The notes: generated by a model not told the origin, from the sequence alone. 46,559 nucleotides of DNA from Thermoplasmatota archaeon (GCA_030018475.1 JASEFT010000004.1:1-46559), one strand, 5' to 3'; shown: positions 26,317 to 35,729, counted from the first letter of the stretch. A program made the numbers and translations.

Positions 26317-27591
26317 TTAGAGATAGTCCTCAACCTTTAGCTTCATTGGCAATGCTGGCTTCTTGAAGCCCTCTTTATCCATTTCCCAAGGTATTGTTGC
26401 ATCAAAGCCGACTTTAGTAGTTTCGCGTGTGGCTAAATCTGAAGAAGGGTCTAACGAAGAGCCTTTCTCCTTGACTCTCACAACTAAATCTTTAGAGCCT
26501 TGGAATCTTGTAGCCATCGCCCATTCTACCTCGTTTGGATTGTGTATGTCTATATCGTCATCCACAATCCAAACATGTTTTAGAGAAGCATGCCCCCTAA
26601 ATGCAGCTTCTATAGCTTTTTTACCGTCATCAGCATTTTTTTTCTTTATACTCACAACTGCATGCAGCCAAGAGCAACCGCCTGGCGTAATAAGAACTTC
26701 TTTGCATTCGCATACTTTATTTACTTCTCTAAATATAGTAGGTTCGCGCGGCATGCCCATAAGTATTTTATGCTCTAAGCCACCAGGTAGAAGAGCATGA
26801 AAAGCAGGATTCTTTTTGGTAAAGATTTTTTTTATTCTAGCAACTTTTTGCTTTCTCACAATGTCAGGCGTCTCTGTCAAATCAAGGAACGGACCCTCAT
26901 CGTGCTCTTCACCGGTCATTTCTGCAATCATTATTATCTCAGCCTGAGGAACTTTATGACCGTCAAGCAAAATCAGATTTGTTTCCTCCAAAGCATTTGC
27001 TATGCTCAGCTCGCTTTTTCCTAGCTCTGCAGAAACTGCAGAAGCAAGTAAGACAGGCATGCTGTTGCCTATACAAATTGCAAACTCAGTATTTCCTCTT
27101 TTCAAAAATTCGTCAAAATGTCTTGGAAGTATTCTGAGCACGAGTTTATCTTTTCCCAGAACCATCATTCTGTGATAAGATGCATTCAAGCCAAGCTCTT
27201 TATCATTTGCTATAACAATGCCAGATGTTATATAGGGTCCGCCATCAAATGGATAATATGTTAGGATAGGAATTTTTGTTAGATCAGGTGCAATTTCTTC
27301 ATAGCCTTTCCCTTCTACAATTTTCGGCTCTTTTGGATTATCAATAGCTTCTGCTAGCTTAGATACAAGCTCATTTTTACTTACACCCAATCCAAGCGCG
27401 ATAAGCTCTCTTGTAGAGCATATATTCGCTACCACTTTCATCGAAAAACCTTTAACCTGCTCAAACAAAATTGGTTTCCCATCAAGGAGCTTCATTAATG
27501 TTGATATCTCATACTTTACATCTACTGGCCTCTTGATTTTTACCAAAACTCCTTTTTCATCCAGAACGTTAACAAACTCTCGTAAGCTCAT
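26317..27591 (-). CDS. UbiD-family (prenyl-FMN-dependent) decarboxylase; candidate anhydromevalonate phosphate decarboxylase
   Basis: UbiD-like sequence over the full 424 aa. Lies two genes from mevalonate kinase on the same strand. Confidence 0.7.
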   Translation of the reverse strand: MSLREFVNVLDEKGVLVKIKRPVDVKYEISTLMKLLDGKPILFEQVKGFSMKVVANICSTRELIALGLGVSKNELVSKLAEAIDNPKEPKIVEGKGYEEIAPDLTKIPILTYYPFDGGPYITSGIVIANDKELGLNASYHRMMVLGKDKLVLRILPRHFDEFLKRGNTEFAICIGNSMPVLLASAVSAELGKSELSIANALEETNLILLDGHKVPQAEIIMIAEMTGEEHDEGPFLDLTETPDIVRKQKVARIKKIFTKKNPAFHALLPGGLEHKILMGMPREPTIFREVNKVCECKEVLITPGGCSWLHAVVSIKKKNADDGKKAIEAAFRGHASLKHVWIVDDDIDIHNPNEVEWAMATRFQGSKDLVVRVKEKGSSLDPSSDLATRETTKVGFDATIPWEMDKEGFKKPALPMKLKVEDYL

Positions 27592-27595
27592 TTTA

Positions 27596-28147
27596 TCACC
27601 TCATCATACCTTCTTTACCACAAGATGGGCATTTGACTTTAAAAGGCTTTTCTCTGGATTCAACTTTAAAAGTTGTCTTGCACTGAGGGCAGCGGAGAGT
27701 TAGAGTTGGTACTGCGGCTGGAGGAGGCCAAACTTCTTCTACCGGTTTTTTAAGTTTGGCTTTAGCTCCGCAAACGGGACATTTAGCGGTTATTCTCTCC
27801 CTATATCGCATACTAATCGGTATACCGAATATAGTAGTGGCACTACCTGTCGCCCATTTTCTACCTGCTCTAGTATCAATTAACGCGCCGCAAATTTCAC
27901 ATCTTATCTTCGTTACTTGAGGTGCTTCTAGTTTCTCACTGTGCCTTACTCGCAAGCCGTAAGTAATTATCACAGCACCAGAGATTGCTAAAATAATTGC
28001 TGGGATGAGCCCACCCAAAGATAAAATAACTTCCCAAGGGCGCTTTGCTCCTGACAACACACCGATTAAGGATAAAATACTACTCCATATAAATATCGCT
28101 CCTACTGCTACGATCATTTTCCCTTTTGTCCATTCCATAGATATCAC
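27596..28147 (-). CDS. membrane protein with tandem zinc-ribbon motifs
   Basis: Two or three N-terminal TM helices, then CEICG...CPVCG and CPQC...CPSCG. 4-nt overlap with mvk. Confidence 0.5.
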   Translation of the reverse strand: MISMEWTKGKMIVAVGAIFIWSSILSLIGVLSGAKRPWEVILSLGGLIPAIILAISGAVIITYGLRVRHSEKLEAPQVTKIRCEICGALIDTRAGRKWATGSATTIFGIPISMRYRERITAKCPVCGAKAKLKKPVEEVWPPPAAVPTLTLRCPQCKTTFKVESREKPFKVKCPSCGKEGMMR

Positions 28148-29070
28148 CCTATCCTCGTTCTAACAACTTCAAACCCTTCTCTTTCTATAGCTTTCGCAAC
28201 TTTTTCCTGTAGCTCTTTACCAGGTGTTAGCGCAATCATATTGCCTCCTAAGCCACCGCCAGTAAGCTTTGCACCATAAGCTCCATGCTCAAGCGCTAAC
28301 CTAACCAAGAAATCAAGCTCTTTAGATGAAACCTCTATTTGCTGTAATAACAAATGATTTTTATTCATCAGCTCGCCAACTTTTCTCAGATCAAAAGCCT
28401 CTAACGCTTTTCTTGCTTTATAGGCCAATTCCTCAGCCTCTTTAAATAATTGGCTATACTTATCAACTTCTTTCTCTTTTCTTTCGCGCACGCCAGCAAC
28501 TGCTTTGCTCGTATCAGCAACTCTACCAGTATTGCCAAGAACTATCTCAACAGGTTTCTTCAAACTAATTCTCTCAATCACGTTAGGCTCTCCTTTCTTA
28601 AACCAAACTAATCCTCCGTAAGTAGCTACTGTATTATCAATCCCAGAAGGTGTACCATGATACCCTTTTTCACCTTCATATGCAAGCTCGTTTATTTTAT
28701 CATCGTCAAAGTTTAAATTGAAGTAGGCTGATAATGCACGAGCAATTGCAACACAGGAGGCAGCCGAAGCGCCAATACCACTAGCTGCAACTAAATCCCC
28801 TCCAAGAGCGATCTTAATCGGATTTTGCTCTACATCAATTCCAGCAGCTTTTAGTATTCTTTCCACAGAATCTTTCTGCTGCTCTAGCTTCTCTTCCTTG
28901 TAGCCTGGGGTAGCGAGTCTCTTATCACTTAAGCTCCAGCCTTTGCCTTCAAAGCGCTCTATAGTAGCTGTGGTCTTCAAATCAATAGCACTTGCAATTG
29001 CAGGTATTCCATAGACAACAAAATGCTCGTTAAAAAGAATGACTTTGCCGTAACCTAAGCCTTTAGCCAT
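28144..29070 (-). CDS. mvk: mevalonate kinase
   Basis: GHMP kinase motifs: GKVILFNEHFVVYG, ASGIGASAASCVA, KLTGGGLGG. Confidence 0.88.
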   Translation of the reverse strand: MAKGLGYGKVILFNEHFVVYGIPAIASAIDLKTTATIERFEGKGWSLSDKRLATPGYKEEKLEQQKDSVERILKAAGIDVEQNPIKIALGGDLVAASGIGASAASCVAIARALSAYFNLNFDDDKINELAYEGEKGYHGTPSGIDNTVATYGGLVWFKKGEPNVIERISLKKPVEIVLGNTGRVADTSKAVAGVRERKEKEVDKYSQLFKEAEELAYKARKALEAFDLRKVGELMNKNHLLLQQIEVSSKELDFLVRLALEHGAYGAKLTGGGLGGNMIALTPGKELQEKVAKAIEREGFEVVRTRIG

Positions 29071-29310
29071 GAGACAAAAATAATTTTCCTGGATATTAAC
29101 CCCTTCCCCAAAAGGCTTCTTTCAGTAACTTTATTAGTTTGAAAAATATTATTCTAAATGAGTGACGGAAATTGAGGACAGATTTAATGAAAGCACTGAA
29201 GCGAAAAGACCTTGAAATTCAGAAGCTCCGCAATCTTTGCGCAGAATTAAGGGAGAGAATAGCTAAGTTAGAAGTAGAAAATGCAAGACTGAAAAAACGA
29301 CTATAAAAGA

Positions 29311-29625
29311 ATGTACTCGTGTGTTTATGTGACTACAAAAGCTAAAAAAGAAGCGCAGGCAATAGCAAAATATTTGCTGACGAAAAGGTTAGTAGCATGC
29401 GCTAATATTTTCCAAATAAACTCTCTTTACAGATGGAAAGGAAAACTAGAAAGTGCAAATGAGTATGCAATGATTTTGAAAACGAGAACTGCAAATTTAG
29501 ATAGTGTAATAAACGAAATTAAGAGCAAGCATTCCTATGAAGTCCCATGCGTAATTTCTTTTGCTATTAATAAAGGTAACAAAGAATTTCTAGATTGGAT
29601 TTGCAGCGAGACCTCAAAGCAGTAA
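29311..29625 (+). CDS. cutA: divalent-cation tolerance protein CutA
   Basis: 104 aa. LVACANI...Y.WKG...E pattern and SKHSYEVP. Confidence 0.8.
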   Translation: MYSCVYVTTKAKKEAQAIAKYLLTKRLVACANIFQINSLYRWKGKLESANEYAMILKTRTANLDSVINEIKSKHSYEVPCVISFAINKGNKEFLDWICSETSKQ

Positions 29626-30271
29626 TTAGCTTCTCAGCCCATTTTAATTTCTTTAGCTTTAGTGTTCTTTTCTTTCCCCTACAAAGCTCTCCAACTTTTT
29701 TAAAATCAAATCCTACAAGAAAAATCTTTTTAGCTTTAAAATGCTCTGCAAGAAAGACAGCTCTATCGCCGTCAGTAAATCCTCCGAAATTATAGATACC
29801 GTCGAAAGGACTGGCTTGAGTAGTACCAATAACCTTACCTTTAAATTTACCCACATACTTCTTTAAAATTTCTATATTATCGCCATGCGCATGAATGATC
29901 GCTATAGAACCTTTTTCATTTGCGCGAAGCAAATCTTTAATGTTGCCATCAAGGTCGGTAACTATAATGTCAGGAATTTTGTTGTCATTGATTAATAAAG
30001 AAGTTGCAGCGTCTGCGGAAATAAAAACATCTTTTTCAGATCTATGAGTTTTATTGATACCCAACTTTAAGCTATTGGCAGCACCGAACACATATACATT
30101 TTTATCTCTGATTAATTTCTCTAGCTCTTTAATAGTTACTTTCAGCTTAGGGCTTAAAAGCTTTGCTAAAACTCTAGCTGCAAACTCATCCTTAGCTTTT
30201 GAGTACCCAAAATCATTTAAAATTTTATTATACCAAGGTAGCCAAGCAGAGTAGTTCATTAATAACGCCAC
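29567..30271 (-). CDS. mptE: 6-hydroxymethylpterin diphosphokinase MptE-like (DUF115)
   Basis: VYVFGAANSL, ISADAATS, IVTDLDG, IHAHGDN motifs. Confidence 0.65.
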   Translation of the reverse strand: MALLMNYSAWLPWYNKILNDFGYSKAKDEFAARVLAKLLSPKLKVTIKELEKLIRDKNVYVFGAANSLKLGINKTHRSEKDVFISADAATSLLINDNKIPDIIVTDLDGNIKDLLRANEKGSIAIIHAHGDNIEILKKYVGKFKGKVIGTTQASPFDGIYNFGGFTDGDRAVFLAEHFKAKKIFLVGFDFKKVGELCRGKKRTLKLKKLKWAEKLITALRSRCKSNLEILCYLY

Positions 30272-31368
30272 GCAATATCTCTTTCTTCTTTGGTCATATG
30301 CCTCCTCATGTACTTATATGTTATGACTCCTACAGAGCCTATAACTATTGCCAAAGAAAATTTTCCAACCAAATACCAGAACAGAGGAGGTTTAATTAAA
30401 GCGCCTATACCTCCACTTATATTATCTACCACGTCCTTGACCGCAAGAACAACCAATCCGAAAGTAACAAGTGAGAAAGGTACGATCCAGTAAGACCACA
30501 AAATCTCGCCTTCCACTATGTATTTATCAAATATTCTGCCGGAAATTCCCACTATTAGTGCGCCAACAGTCCACAAAATAATTGTAGTAAACGCTGAGAA
30601 GACCATTTGAAATGACAAAGGGCTATTAACGTTTTCTGTATAGGCGAAAGCAAATCCCACTAAAATCATAAATCCTGCAAGCACCCAAGTAAACAAAGAG
30701 AGTCTTCCTGCAACAAGACCTTCTTTAAAATCTTTAGCAGCCCTTGCTAGAGCGGGCTCTAAATTGAAGGCACTCACTAGCAGATATATACCAATTACGA
30801 AGCATACAGTAGCTAAGCCTATTACAGGATATCCTAAAATAGCGCTTATAGAAATAATAAGTAAAAACAGTCCTAATGGTACGATAAATTTTCTCTGTAC
30901 CCTTTCATCTTTCAAAGCTTTTGCCAAAAAGTAATAAGAAGACTCAATATTTTGTGCCTGTCTCATTACTACTCTTTTTACAGAAGCAACTTTCACTCTT
31001 GAAGTTATTATTGGAAGTACATGCTCGTCATCGGCGCCGTCCGATACAAAAAAAGCCTCTTCAGGCATTAGCTTAGTCAGTACCTCCTCAAGTTGCCTCG
31101 CTATCGTTTGATCTGAGACAAGCCCTACTTGGGGAGCGCCACAAATAGTAGCAATCTCAACCTCTCTGCCACTTTTTACAAGCTCATCGTAAATTTTTAT
31201 TGCGCTGAGAGCTGTGTTTGCATCAGGCTCTTCTGGATCAGCGAGTCCGAGCGCAATAGCGGCGTTAAGATTAGCCTCCCTACCAACGATCGGCGATTTT
31301 ATACCTGCTTTTGTACCGAAATCATCGTCTCGATCTATGCATAGTATGAGAGTAGTCACAATAGCCAA
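30259..31368 (-). CDS. DUF373-family integral membrane protein
   Basis: LCIDRDDDFG...GREANL...LADPEEPDANT N-domain followed by multiple TM helices. Confidence 0.65.
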   Translation of the reverse strand: MAIVTTLILCIDRDDDFGTKAGIKSPIVGREANLNAAIALGLADPEEPDANTALSAIKIYDELVKSGREVEIATICGAPQVGLVSDQTIARQLEEVLTKLMPEEAFFVSDGADDEHVLPIITSRVKVASVKRVVMRQAQNIESSYYFLAKALKDERVQRKFIVPLGLFLLIISISAILGYPVIGLATVCFVIGIYLLVSAFNLEPALARAAKDFKEGLVAGRLSLFTWVLAGFMILVGFAFAYTENVNSPLSFQMVFSAFTTIILWTVGALIVGISGRIFDKYIVEGEILWSYWIVPFSLVTFGLVVLAVKDVVDNISGGIGALIKPPLFWYLVGKFSLAIVIGSVGVITYKYMRRHMTKEERDIAWRY

Positions 31369-31594
31369 TATTGAGCTACAGTATATTTAAATTTCCTGAA
31401 AGCAGAGCGAAGATTATAAATATAAGTTATTACATAATATAAGACAGCTAAAAAATCGCAACCAGCTGTGTAAAATATTGAGAGTAGGCCTGAAAAAGCT
31501 ATCGATGAGTATTCAAAATCCAGGTTGCGATAAAAGTGAGATGGGGATTCGAGAAAGCAAGTCTTCTTAGTTTAGGGCTTGGTACCTCTTGAAT

Positions 31595-31629
31595 CTGACG
31601 TTTGGAAGCTCTGTGTAAAACCCCACCAA
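31595..31629 (+). promoter_or_regulatory. 5' strand of the 16S rRNA processing stem
   Basis: CTGACGTTTGGAAGCT...CCCCACCAA is complementary to 33340-33368 (TTGGTGGG...AGCTTTCAAACGTCAG). Confidence 0.75.
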
Positions 31630-31965
31630 ATCTAAGTGTAGTGATCGTATTGAACTCTGGTTGATCCTGCCAGAGGTCGCCGCTATTGGGATACGCTTAA
31701 GCCATGCGAGTCTAAGGAACGCAAGTTCCTTGGCGTACTGCTCAGTAACACGTGGATAATTTACCCTTAGGTGGGGAATAACTTCGGGAAACTGAGGATA
31801 ATACCCCATAGGCTTAGAATGCTGGAATGCTTCTAAGCTCAAAGCTTCGGCGCCTAAGGATAAGTCTGTGGCCTATTAGGTTGTAGCAAGTGTAACTTAC
31901 TTGCTAGCCTACGATGGGTACGGGCGCTGAGAGGCGTTGCCCGGAGATGGACTCTGAGACATGAG

Positions 31966-31997
<32 letters not shown>

Positions 31998-32384
31998 ACT
32001 CCACAATGTGCGCAAGCACGATGGGGGAATCCCAAGTGCCTATACTTAATGTATAGGCTGTTCCCTTGTCCAAAAAACAAGGGGAGTAAGGGCTGGGTAA
32101 GACGGGTGCCAGCCGCCGCGGTAATACCCGCAGCCCAAGTGGCGATCACTTTTATTTGGTCTAAAACGTCCGTAGCTGGTTCAGTAAATTTTTGGGTAAA
32201 TCGAAATGCTTAACATTTCGAATTCCGAGAAGACTGCTGGACTTGAGACAGAGTGGGGTCAGAAGTACTCCTGGGGTAGGGGTGAAATCCTGTAATCCTA
32301 GGAGGACTACCAGTGGCGAAGGCGTCTGACTAAAGCTGCTCTGACAGTGAGGGACGAAGCCCTGGGGCGCAAACGGGATTAGAT

Positions 32385-32483
32385 AGAAGCCTTTCTTTCT
32401 CTTTTCGGAAAAGAGAAAGAAACTCTTCAGGGAAAGAGAAAAGAAAATTTCTTTTTTCTTTTCCCCTGAAGGACTTCCTAGAT
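32385..32483 (+). other. 16S rRNA mini-intron (99 nt) in the 790 loop, with a canonical BHB
   Basis: GGGATTAGAT|A...AT|ACCCCGG. Outer helix CGGG/CCCG, central helix UUAG/CUAG, bulges AUA and AUA, inner helix GAAGCC/GG(A)CUUC. Splicing restores GGATTAGATACCCCGGTAGTCC. Confidence 0.8.
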
Positions 32484-32582
32484 ACCCCGGTAGTCCAGGG
32501 TGTAAACGCTGCAGACTTGGTGCAGGGGAAGCTACGAGCTTGCCCTGTGCCGGAGAGAAGTTGTTAAGTCTGCTACCTGGGG

Positions 32583-32629
<47 letters not shown>

Positions 32630-33036
32630 GCAACGGGTGGAGCGTGCGGTTTAATTGGATTCAACGCCGAGAAGCTTACCGGGGGCGACGGATATATGAA
32701 GGTCAAGCTAACGACTTTACCAGATTATCCGAGAGGTGGTGCATGGCCGTCGTCAGTTCGTACCGTAAGGCATTCTGTTAAGTCAGATAACGAACAAGAC
32801 CCCTGCTTTTAGTTGCAAACCGGAGCTCCGGCTCTGGTGCGACACTAAAGGGACTGCTGGCGCTAAGTCAGAGGAAGGAGGGGGCTACGGTAGGTCAGTA
32901 TGCCCCTAATCCCCCGGGCTACACGCGCGCTACAAAGGCTGGGACAATGGGCTACGATGCCGAAAGGCAAAGTCAATCCCTAAACCCAGTCATAGTTCGG
33001 ATTGAGGATTGCAACTCATCCTCATGAAGCTGGAAT

Positions 33037-33086
33037 TCGCAGGAGTAAACTCCTTCTCTCAGCAGTTTGCTCCGCAAACAGCAGAT
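33037..33086 (+). other. second ~50-nt insertion in the 16S rRNA (between GGAAT and CCGTAGTAATCGCG); boundaries approximate
   Basis: Conserved GCTGGAAT(C)CGTAGTAATCGCG is interrupted. The insert folds into AGGAG-TAAA-CTCCT and CAGCAGTTTGC-TCC-GCAAACAGCAG (two A.A mismatches). Confidence 0.65.
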
Positions 33087-33339
33087 CCGTAGTAATCGCG
33101 TATCAAAAATGCGCGGTGAATATGCCCCTGCTCCTTGCACACACCGCCCGTCAAGCCATCCGAGTTGTGTCTAAGTGAGGGTGAAGTTATTGCTTCGCTC
33201 AAACTTGGGTTCAGCGAGGAGGGCTAAGTCGTAACAAGGTATCCGTAGGGGAACCTGCGGATGGATCACCTCCTACGTTATAGAAAGGTGTGATTCGAAG
33301 CTGCTTGCAATGCAGCTAATGACGCAGGTCTGCCTTGAA

Positions 33340-33368
33340 TTGGTGGGTAAAAAGCTTTCAAACGTCAG
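33340..33368 (+). promoter_or_regulatory. 3' strand of the 16S rRNA processing stem
   Basis: Complementary to 31595-31629. Confidence 0.75.
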
Positions 33369-33487
33369 TGTATTTTTTCAAGCGTCCGGCGAATCGGCGT
33401 TTAGAAGTTTGAACACTAGGTTAAGGTATAGAAAAATTTGCGATTTAACACTCAAAAATTATCTTTTTCGTCTCCGATTTTATTCTA

Positions 33488-33973
33488 CTAAATCTCACTA
33501 ATTCTCCTCAGGACATCTCTGTAAAGCAGTGCGTTTATTCTAAAATCACTTTCAACTAATTTGTGAATTATATCTAATGCTTTCTTCTTTTTAACTTTCT
33601 TACTCTCAACAGCGCCAACTATCAAACCTAACAGCTCCGTGTACTCTCTCTTTTCAATATCTGCTATCCGCCTTGCACTTAATTCATCAATAATTAGTCT
33701 ATTGCCTTTAGGAGTAAGAAACAGTGTAGCTTCACCTTTATCAAGACCGTATTTCGTAAATTTAGTTACATTGACACTAGTTATTACTGATATTATCCAA
33801 TCACCAATCGCACTCTTGATACGCTCGTTTTCCGGAAAATCGTAGCGCAAAAGCCCTTTCTCAATCGTTTTCGTTATATACACCTTACCAAACAACTCTT
33901 TTAAAAACTCGAGCTCTCCAATTTTAGCTAATGCAATTAGAGTGGAGGAATCTACAAAAGTACGCATAATCAC
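33488..33973 (-). CDS. PIN-domain protein (DUF3368/COG2405-like), putative toxin
   Basis: N-terminal FVDSSTLIALAKIG PIN-type acidic motif, 161 aa, 4-nt overlap with the upstream small gene. Confidence 0.65.
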   Translation of the reverse strand: MIMRTFVDSSTLIALAKIGELEFLKELFGKVYITKTIEKGLLRYDFPENERIKSAIGDWIISVITSVNVTKFTKYGLDKGEATLFLTPKGNRLIIDELSARRIADIEKREYTELLGLIVGAVESKKVKKKKALDIIHKLVESDFRINALLYRDVLRRISEI

Positions 33974-34284
33974 CGCTTAAGCCACTTTTTAGATTTTTCG
34001 ATATCGCGCGCTAATTCAGTTGCAGAATATCTAAAAAACGGTATTTCCCTTCTCGCTAGGTAATCACACATCTCCTGAATACTTACATCTGCAAACTCTG
34101 CAGCTTTACAAAGAGTAAATTCGTTACTCAGATATTTTTTCATTGCAATTTCAAGTTTCAAAGCTTTTATACCCTCATGAAGCGCATTGCGAGCCACTTC
34201 CGATTTTGACATATGCAGAACTTTTGTAAGCTCTTCTACGTCCTCAACTTCCTCTTCCGGCAATCGTATCTGTAAATTCTCCAT
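33970..34284 (-). CDS. UPF0175-like antitoxin with N-terminal ribbon-helix-helix
   Basis: RHH-like LQIRLPEEEVEDVEEL...SKSEVARNAL, then a UPF0175-like helix region (LCKAAEFADVSIQEM); paired with the PIN gene. Confidence 0.6.
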   Translation of the reverse strand: MENLQIRLPEEEVEDVEELTKVLHMSKSEVARNALHEGIKALKLEIAMKKYLSNEFTLCKAAEFADVSIQEMCDYLARREIPFFRYSATELARDIEKSKKWLKR

Positions 34285-34343
34285 TTTAATCCCTCATTAC
34301 AATATAATCATTTGTGATGATATAAAGATCGTGGTTTGGCGCA

Positions 34344-35729
34344 CTAAAATCCAAAATTCTCCTTACTCCACTTCTCATCTATCCCCTCCCAGAGTAGTAA
34401 GCTTGCTATCAACAATAGTCCACAGCCAAAAACAATAAAAATTATTGCAATAAAGCTTGGTGCGAAAGAAAGTATAGCCAAGGGCACTTGCGGTAATAGC
34501 GCGAAAACACAGAATTTTACTAAAATTTTAGGGTTGAAAAGATAAACATTTACTCTCAATCCAGTAAGCCATGCAACCGCAAGCGAAATATAAACAAGGT
34601 TAGAGAAGCCAACGAATAGCGCTATAGGTAATAAAAAAAGCTCATTAGCAACAGCGCTAACTCCCAAAATAAATACTGGTATGAACAGCAGAGCAATGTA
34701 AAAATGGGCTTTCACTTTAGTTTTTATAATTTCAGGCACAGATATAGGCAGTAAATTGTAAAACTCGAGCGCTTCAATATTGTTCAACCATGAATAAATC
34801 ACAAGGCAGAAAAAGCCTGTGAAAATAGCGTAAGATACTGAGCTAAAGCCAATTTTAATATTCCTTTCTATAAACCAGAACAGCAAGCTCAAAAATATTA
34901 AAGGAAATAAAAAAGAAAATAAAATCTTGGGTAAAGTATTGCTTCTTTTCAAATCTAGAAATTCTTTTATTAGAAAAGGAGAAATTTTTAGTTTGAGATA
35001 TTTTGGAGCTACTACCTGCGTAGGCTTAAACTTCTCAATTTCTTCTTCACTAATTGCAATTGTCCCTATTAAGGAATTAAATAAAATAAAAGCCAGAGCG
35101 TAAATGAAGTCTCCAATTTCCCTCAGAAGTAAAGTATTATAGAGCTTGAAGATAAGAGTTGAAAGTATAATTGAAAGTGTGTAAGCACCAGTTAACAGCA
35201 GATAAAATTTTGAGTGCCTTCTGTAGAGGTTAGCGATAAAATAAGAAAATGACATTCCAGCAATGAAAGAAATGCTTAGCATAGCAAAAAATACTAGCAC
35301 AAAAATCAAGGAGAGTTTAGATAGCGGTAAGGAGAGCGTTAGCCCAAGAGTCAATGGAACTACAGTTAAAGATAGGTAAAATAGAATCTCTCTTATGTAC
35401 AACGATAGAAAAATTGTTCTGAGGTTTAGTGGCAAATGCTCATGGGTATGAACTAAAAATTTTACGCCAGAAAATCTCTTCATGGATTCCTTACCCAAAA
35501 ATCCGAAATAGCCTGCAACTAGCCCATAAAAGAAAATTGAGATGCTAACTGAAAGTTGTAGTTGAGGAATTGCTACATGTTTGGCTAAGTCACTAACGCT
35601 TGCTCCTGCAAAAAAGCCGATGAGCATTATGATAAATGGGAAGAACAAGAATGCCAATTTACTAGTATAGCTTGTATGGAATCTGTATTCTTCTTTTAGC
35701 ATTAATTTGATTAAATCCTGAAATTTCAT
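34344..35729 (-). CDS. ABC-2-type transporter permease (multi-pass membrane protein)
   Basis: About 12 hydrophobic segments; 4-nt overlap with the upstream ABC ATPase. Confidence 0.6.
   Translation of the reverse strand: MKFQDLIKLMLKEEYRFHTSYTSKLAFLFFPFIIMLIGFFAGASVSDLAKHVAIPQLQLSVSISIFFYGLVAGYFGFLGKESMKRFSGVKFLVHTHEHLPLNLRTIFLSLYIREILFYLSLTVVPLTLGLTLSLPLSKLSLIFVLVFFAMLSISFIAGMSFSYFIANLYRRHSKFYLLLTGAYTLSIILSTLIFKLYNTLLLREIGDFIYALAFILFNSLIGTIAISEEEIEKFKPTQVVAPKYLKLKISPFLIKEFLDLKRSNTLPKILFSFLFPLIFLSLLFWFIERNIKIGFSSVSYAIFTGFFCLVIYSWLNNIEALEFYNLLPISVPEIIKTKVKAHFYIALLFIPVFILGVSAVANELFLLPIALFVGFSNLVYISLAVAWLTGLRVNVYLFNPKILVKFCVFALLPQVPLAILSFAPSFIAIIFIVFGCGLLLIASLLLWEGIDEKWSKENFGF

Noticed and set aside
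32381-32484. AGATA direct repeats flanking the 16S insertion, and TCGAG repeats flanking tRNA-Ala intron 2, resembling 5-bp target-site duplications of a MITE
   Set aside because: Removing one repeat copy plus the insert does not restore a valid 7-nt T-loop in tRNA-Ala. In both cases the repeats are accounted for by the pairing of the central 4-bp BHB helix (UUAG/CUAG and UUCG/CGAG). Endonuclease-type introns fit better than transposition.
33299-33317. AGCTGC-TTGCAAT-GCAGCT hairpin in the 16S trailer, resembling a tRNA anticodon arm (TGC/GCA)
   Set aside because: No acceptor, D or T arms can be built from the flanking sequence. At most it is a vestige, mentioned under the orphan-16S finding.
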